Source: Calditrichia bacterium
GTDB lineage: Bacteria > Calditrichota > Calditrichia > RBG-13-44-9
Direction of reading: 5' to 3'
Assembly: GCA_037381445.1 (NCBI GenBank)
Contig: JARRQT010000140.1
Coordinates: 1-17,904 of the forward strand
Length of the DNA stretch: 17,904 nt
In this document: positions 15,627 to 17,904 of the stretch, one piece after another
Layout: each line of letters starts with the position of its first letter
How positions within the stretch are numbered: position 1 is the stretch's first letter
Program-made: the position numbers and the translations under genes
The notes under the pieces: generated by a model
What the model saw: only the letters and a program-made list of their open reading frames with translations
Told to the model about the DNA's origin: nothing
The model's database searches: none

Positions 15627-17454
15627 TTATTCATTGCGCAGCCGGGGTCCCGGCACCCTCATATTCTCTTCCCGTGAGGTGATCCCCAGGTTATCAAAAT
15701 AGTTCAGCAAGGGAATGGCATATTTCCGTGTGGTCCCGGTAAGCTCCTTGAATTCGGGCACTTCCATGCCGCCGTTTTTTTCGAAAAATTCCCTGATGAT
15801 CTGTTCCGCTTCGGCGATAGCATCCGAATGAAAAAACAGTTTTTCTTCCGCCAGAACAATTCTCCCCTGCTCCCTGAGTATCCTGAGCAGTTCACGCAAG
15901 TCTTTTTCGTTTATCGGAAAACGGTCCAGCAGCTCCTTTTCGACCGGCGGACTTAGCTGCGCTTCGCGATAAATGGCCTCCAACTGTTCCAGCAGTTTCA
16001 GTTTTTTGTCTGTCAGCTTTGTTTTAAATTTGGCATCAGCCAGCAGATCGCCCTCTTTCCGCAGCTCCCTCTTGTCCAGTCCAAGTTTAACAGCAAGCCG
16101 GATTAAATCTTCGGGAATGAATTGGCCGGTTTGACTCTGCAGTTCACTGACGGGAAGCCCGGATCTGCCGGGGTTCTTTTCATGAAATTTATGGAGAATC
16201 TGCCGGAACGATTCCAGCACTTTTTCCGCCTGCCGGCGAGAATAATACAGCACGTCCTGCCCGCGATGGAGACGAAATATCTCATTTTTTTGCGGCAGGG
16301 ATACGCCTTTCAGGATCATCACTCTCCAGATTTTCCAGCCGCTGCACGAACAAATCATGATGCCGCTTGCGGTATTTCGGCGGATTGGTTTCCAGCACAA
16401 TGCCGCCGCCCAGCGTGATCTGCGGTGAATATTGCCTGATGATAAAATGGTCCCCAAAGGAGGCATAGACCGGTTTCTCCAGCCGGAACTGGACCATTGC
16501 GGACTGCCCGGGGTCCAGGGCCTTTAGTTCAGGCAGTACGAGCCTGGCAAAAATCTCTGCGGTATGCAGATGAATCCGCACTCTCATCCGGTTCTTTATC
16601 AAAACCGTTTCATCGGGAAGCGGCGTCAGCCGGGCATTGAAGGATTGCACTGCCCGGTAGTAACCCGCCTGGGCGATGACCTGACCACGATGCAGTTGGT
16701 CATTGCCAATGCCCGTCAGGTTCAGCGCTGCCCGGTCTCCCATTGAAACCGATTCCACCGGCCGGTCGTGACTTTGCAGTCCCCGGACCCGCGCAGGAAT
16801 GAGTTCCGGAAGAATCTCAACCGCGCCGCCCGCATCAATCTGCCCGGAAAGAACACTCCCGGTTACTACGGTTCCGAATCCCGGTTTGCCGAAAACCCGG
16901 TCGATGGGCAGTCTGAATATACCGTCATCTTCGCGCCGCTCAATCTGCTTCAGCGATTCAAAAATGGTTTTGCGCACATCCTCTATCCCTTCCCCGGTAA
17001 CCGCTGAGGTTTTCAGGACCGGCGCATTCTCGAAAACACTTCCCTTCAGCAAATTCCCGATCTCCTCTTCCACCATCAGAAGCCACTCTTCATCCACCAG
17101 ATCAATTTTGGTGATCACGAAAATACCATGGGAAATCCCGAGCAGTTTTACAATATCGAGATGCTCGCGGGTCTGGGGCATGATGCCGTCATCCGCGGCG
17201 ATAACAAAGAGGACCAGGTCGATGGTGCTGACCCCGGCAACCATATTTTTTATCAGGCGTTCATGGCCGGGAACATCGATGATGGTCACATTGTCCGAAA
17301 AATGCGCGAAGCCCAGGTCTATGGTGATTCCGCGTTCCTGCTCCTCTTTCAGCCGGTCGGTATTTATGCCGGTCAGGGCCTGAATCAGCGCGGTTTTGCC
17401 ATGATCAATATGTCCCGCGGTACCGATGACATATTGTCTGCTTTCTTTGTCCAT
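15627..17454 (-). pseudogene. selB: Selenocysteine-specific elongation factor SelB, split into two frames near 16285-16300
   Basis: 5' ORF 16282..17454: GTAGHIDHGKT, RGITIDLGF, DVPGHE, TKID, GFGTVVTG, IRQYSPQITLGGG. The 3' frame (15627..~16300) carries the winged-helix domain: FHEKNP...GL..SEL, PP..KEL, TTRKYAIPLLNYFD..GIT.R...R. Confidence 0.9.
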
Positions 17455-17459
17455 GATTG

Positions 17460-17903
17460 CTATTCTTTGAATTTAAAGATTTTTTGAATCTGTTCTCTCA
17501 CCAGCGGAAGTTCATCAGCCCGTACCGTGCGCAGATTGATATGAAAACAGCCATCTTCAATATGACCCATTACCGCCGGGGAAGCCTGCCGCAGTTCCCG
17601 GGCCAGCCGGTCCACGGAAATGGAATCCGGCAGTATGCGCACGCTGACCGAGGGAATCTTTTCCAGCGGCAGCGCGCCGCTCCCCATCTGCGCAAATGAA
17701 TCCACCACTTCGACTTTCAGCGGGAATTCCCTCAAACTGTCTGCGATCTTATTCCCCCATTTCAACAGAGTTTCCCGCGAAAGCGTCAGCATTTTGGTGA
17801 CCGGCAAGTTCTGCGGCAATGTTGCTGGATTCAGGTACAATTTCAGGGTGGCTTCCAGCAGCGCATAGGTAATCTTATCGCAGCGCAGCGCCCGCAGCAG
17901 ATG
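17460..17903 (-). CDS. selA: L-seryl-tRNA(Sec) selenium transferase SelA, 3' part (5' end outside the window)
   Basis: The frame stays open to the window edge: HLLRALRCDKITYALLEATLKLY, QMGSGALP...IPS, PAVMGHIE...INLRTV; directly upstream of selB. Confidence 0.93.
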   Translation of the reverse strand, partial: HLLRALRCDKITYALLEATLKLYLNPATLPQNLPVTKMLTLSRETLLKWGNKIADSLREFPLKVEVVDSFAQMGSGALPLEKIPSVSVRILPDSISVDRLARELRQASPAVMGHIEDGCFHINLRTVRADELPLVREQIQKIFKFKE

Positions 17904-17904
17904 A

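Noticed and set aside
16186..16284. Selenocysteine read-through of the internal selB TGA
   Set aside because: The same frame reaches a TAA about 31 codons later and is not SelB-like; the C-terminal domain is in another frame.
1..17904. CRISPR array, transposase/integrase, tRNA-Sec (selC)
   Set aside because: No regularly spaced direct repeats, mobile-element enzymes or tRNA cloverleaf were recognised by eye; a tRNAscan-SE/cmscan run would be needed to exclude them formally.

Overview
Bacterial housekeeping region, possibly from a Calditrichota/FCB-like anaerobe (a tentative inference from gene style). The minus-strand left block holds the start of the dcw cluster (mraZ-rsmH-ftsL-like-ftsI, ftsI running off the window), preceded by SPOR lipoprotein-yebC-ruvC-ruvA-ruvB-queA. 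The plus-strand block holds a cysteine desulfurase, an MBL-fold hydrolase, a glycerophosphodiester phosphodiesterase, 2[4Fe-4S] ferredoxin-ispH-queG and dxs. The right end has selA (partial) and selB on the minus strand. Three anomalies stand out. (1) The ~600-bp queA-mraZ spacer is packed with nested inverted repeats that pair better (G-U wobbles) on the minus strand: a 219-bp unit bounded by TCAGGTGC/GCACCTGA plus an adjacent 133-bp domain, a candidate structured ncRNA or MITE-like element. (2) At ~8990 the convergent cysteine desulfurase and arsC-family genes are fused tail-to-tail, both lacking their 3' ends. (3) selB is split at an A7-TGA site near 16285-16291 and appears to lack about 25-35 codons of its first winged-helix repeat. 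Items 2 and 3 may be assembly artefacts. No CRISPR array, transposase, tRNA or rRNA was recognised.
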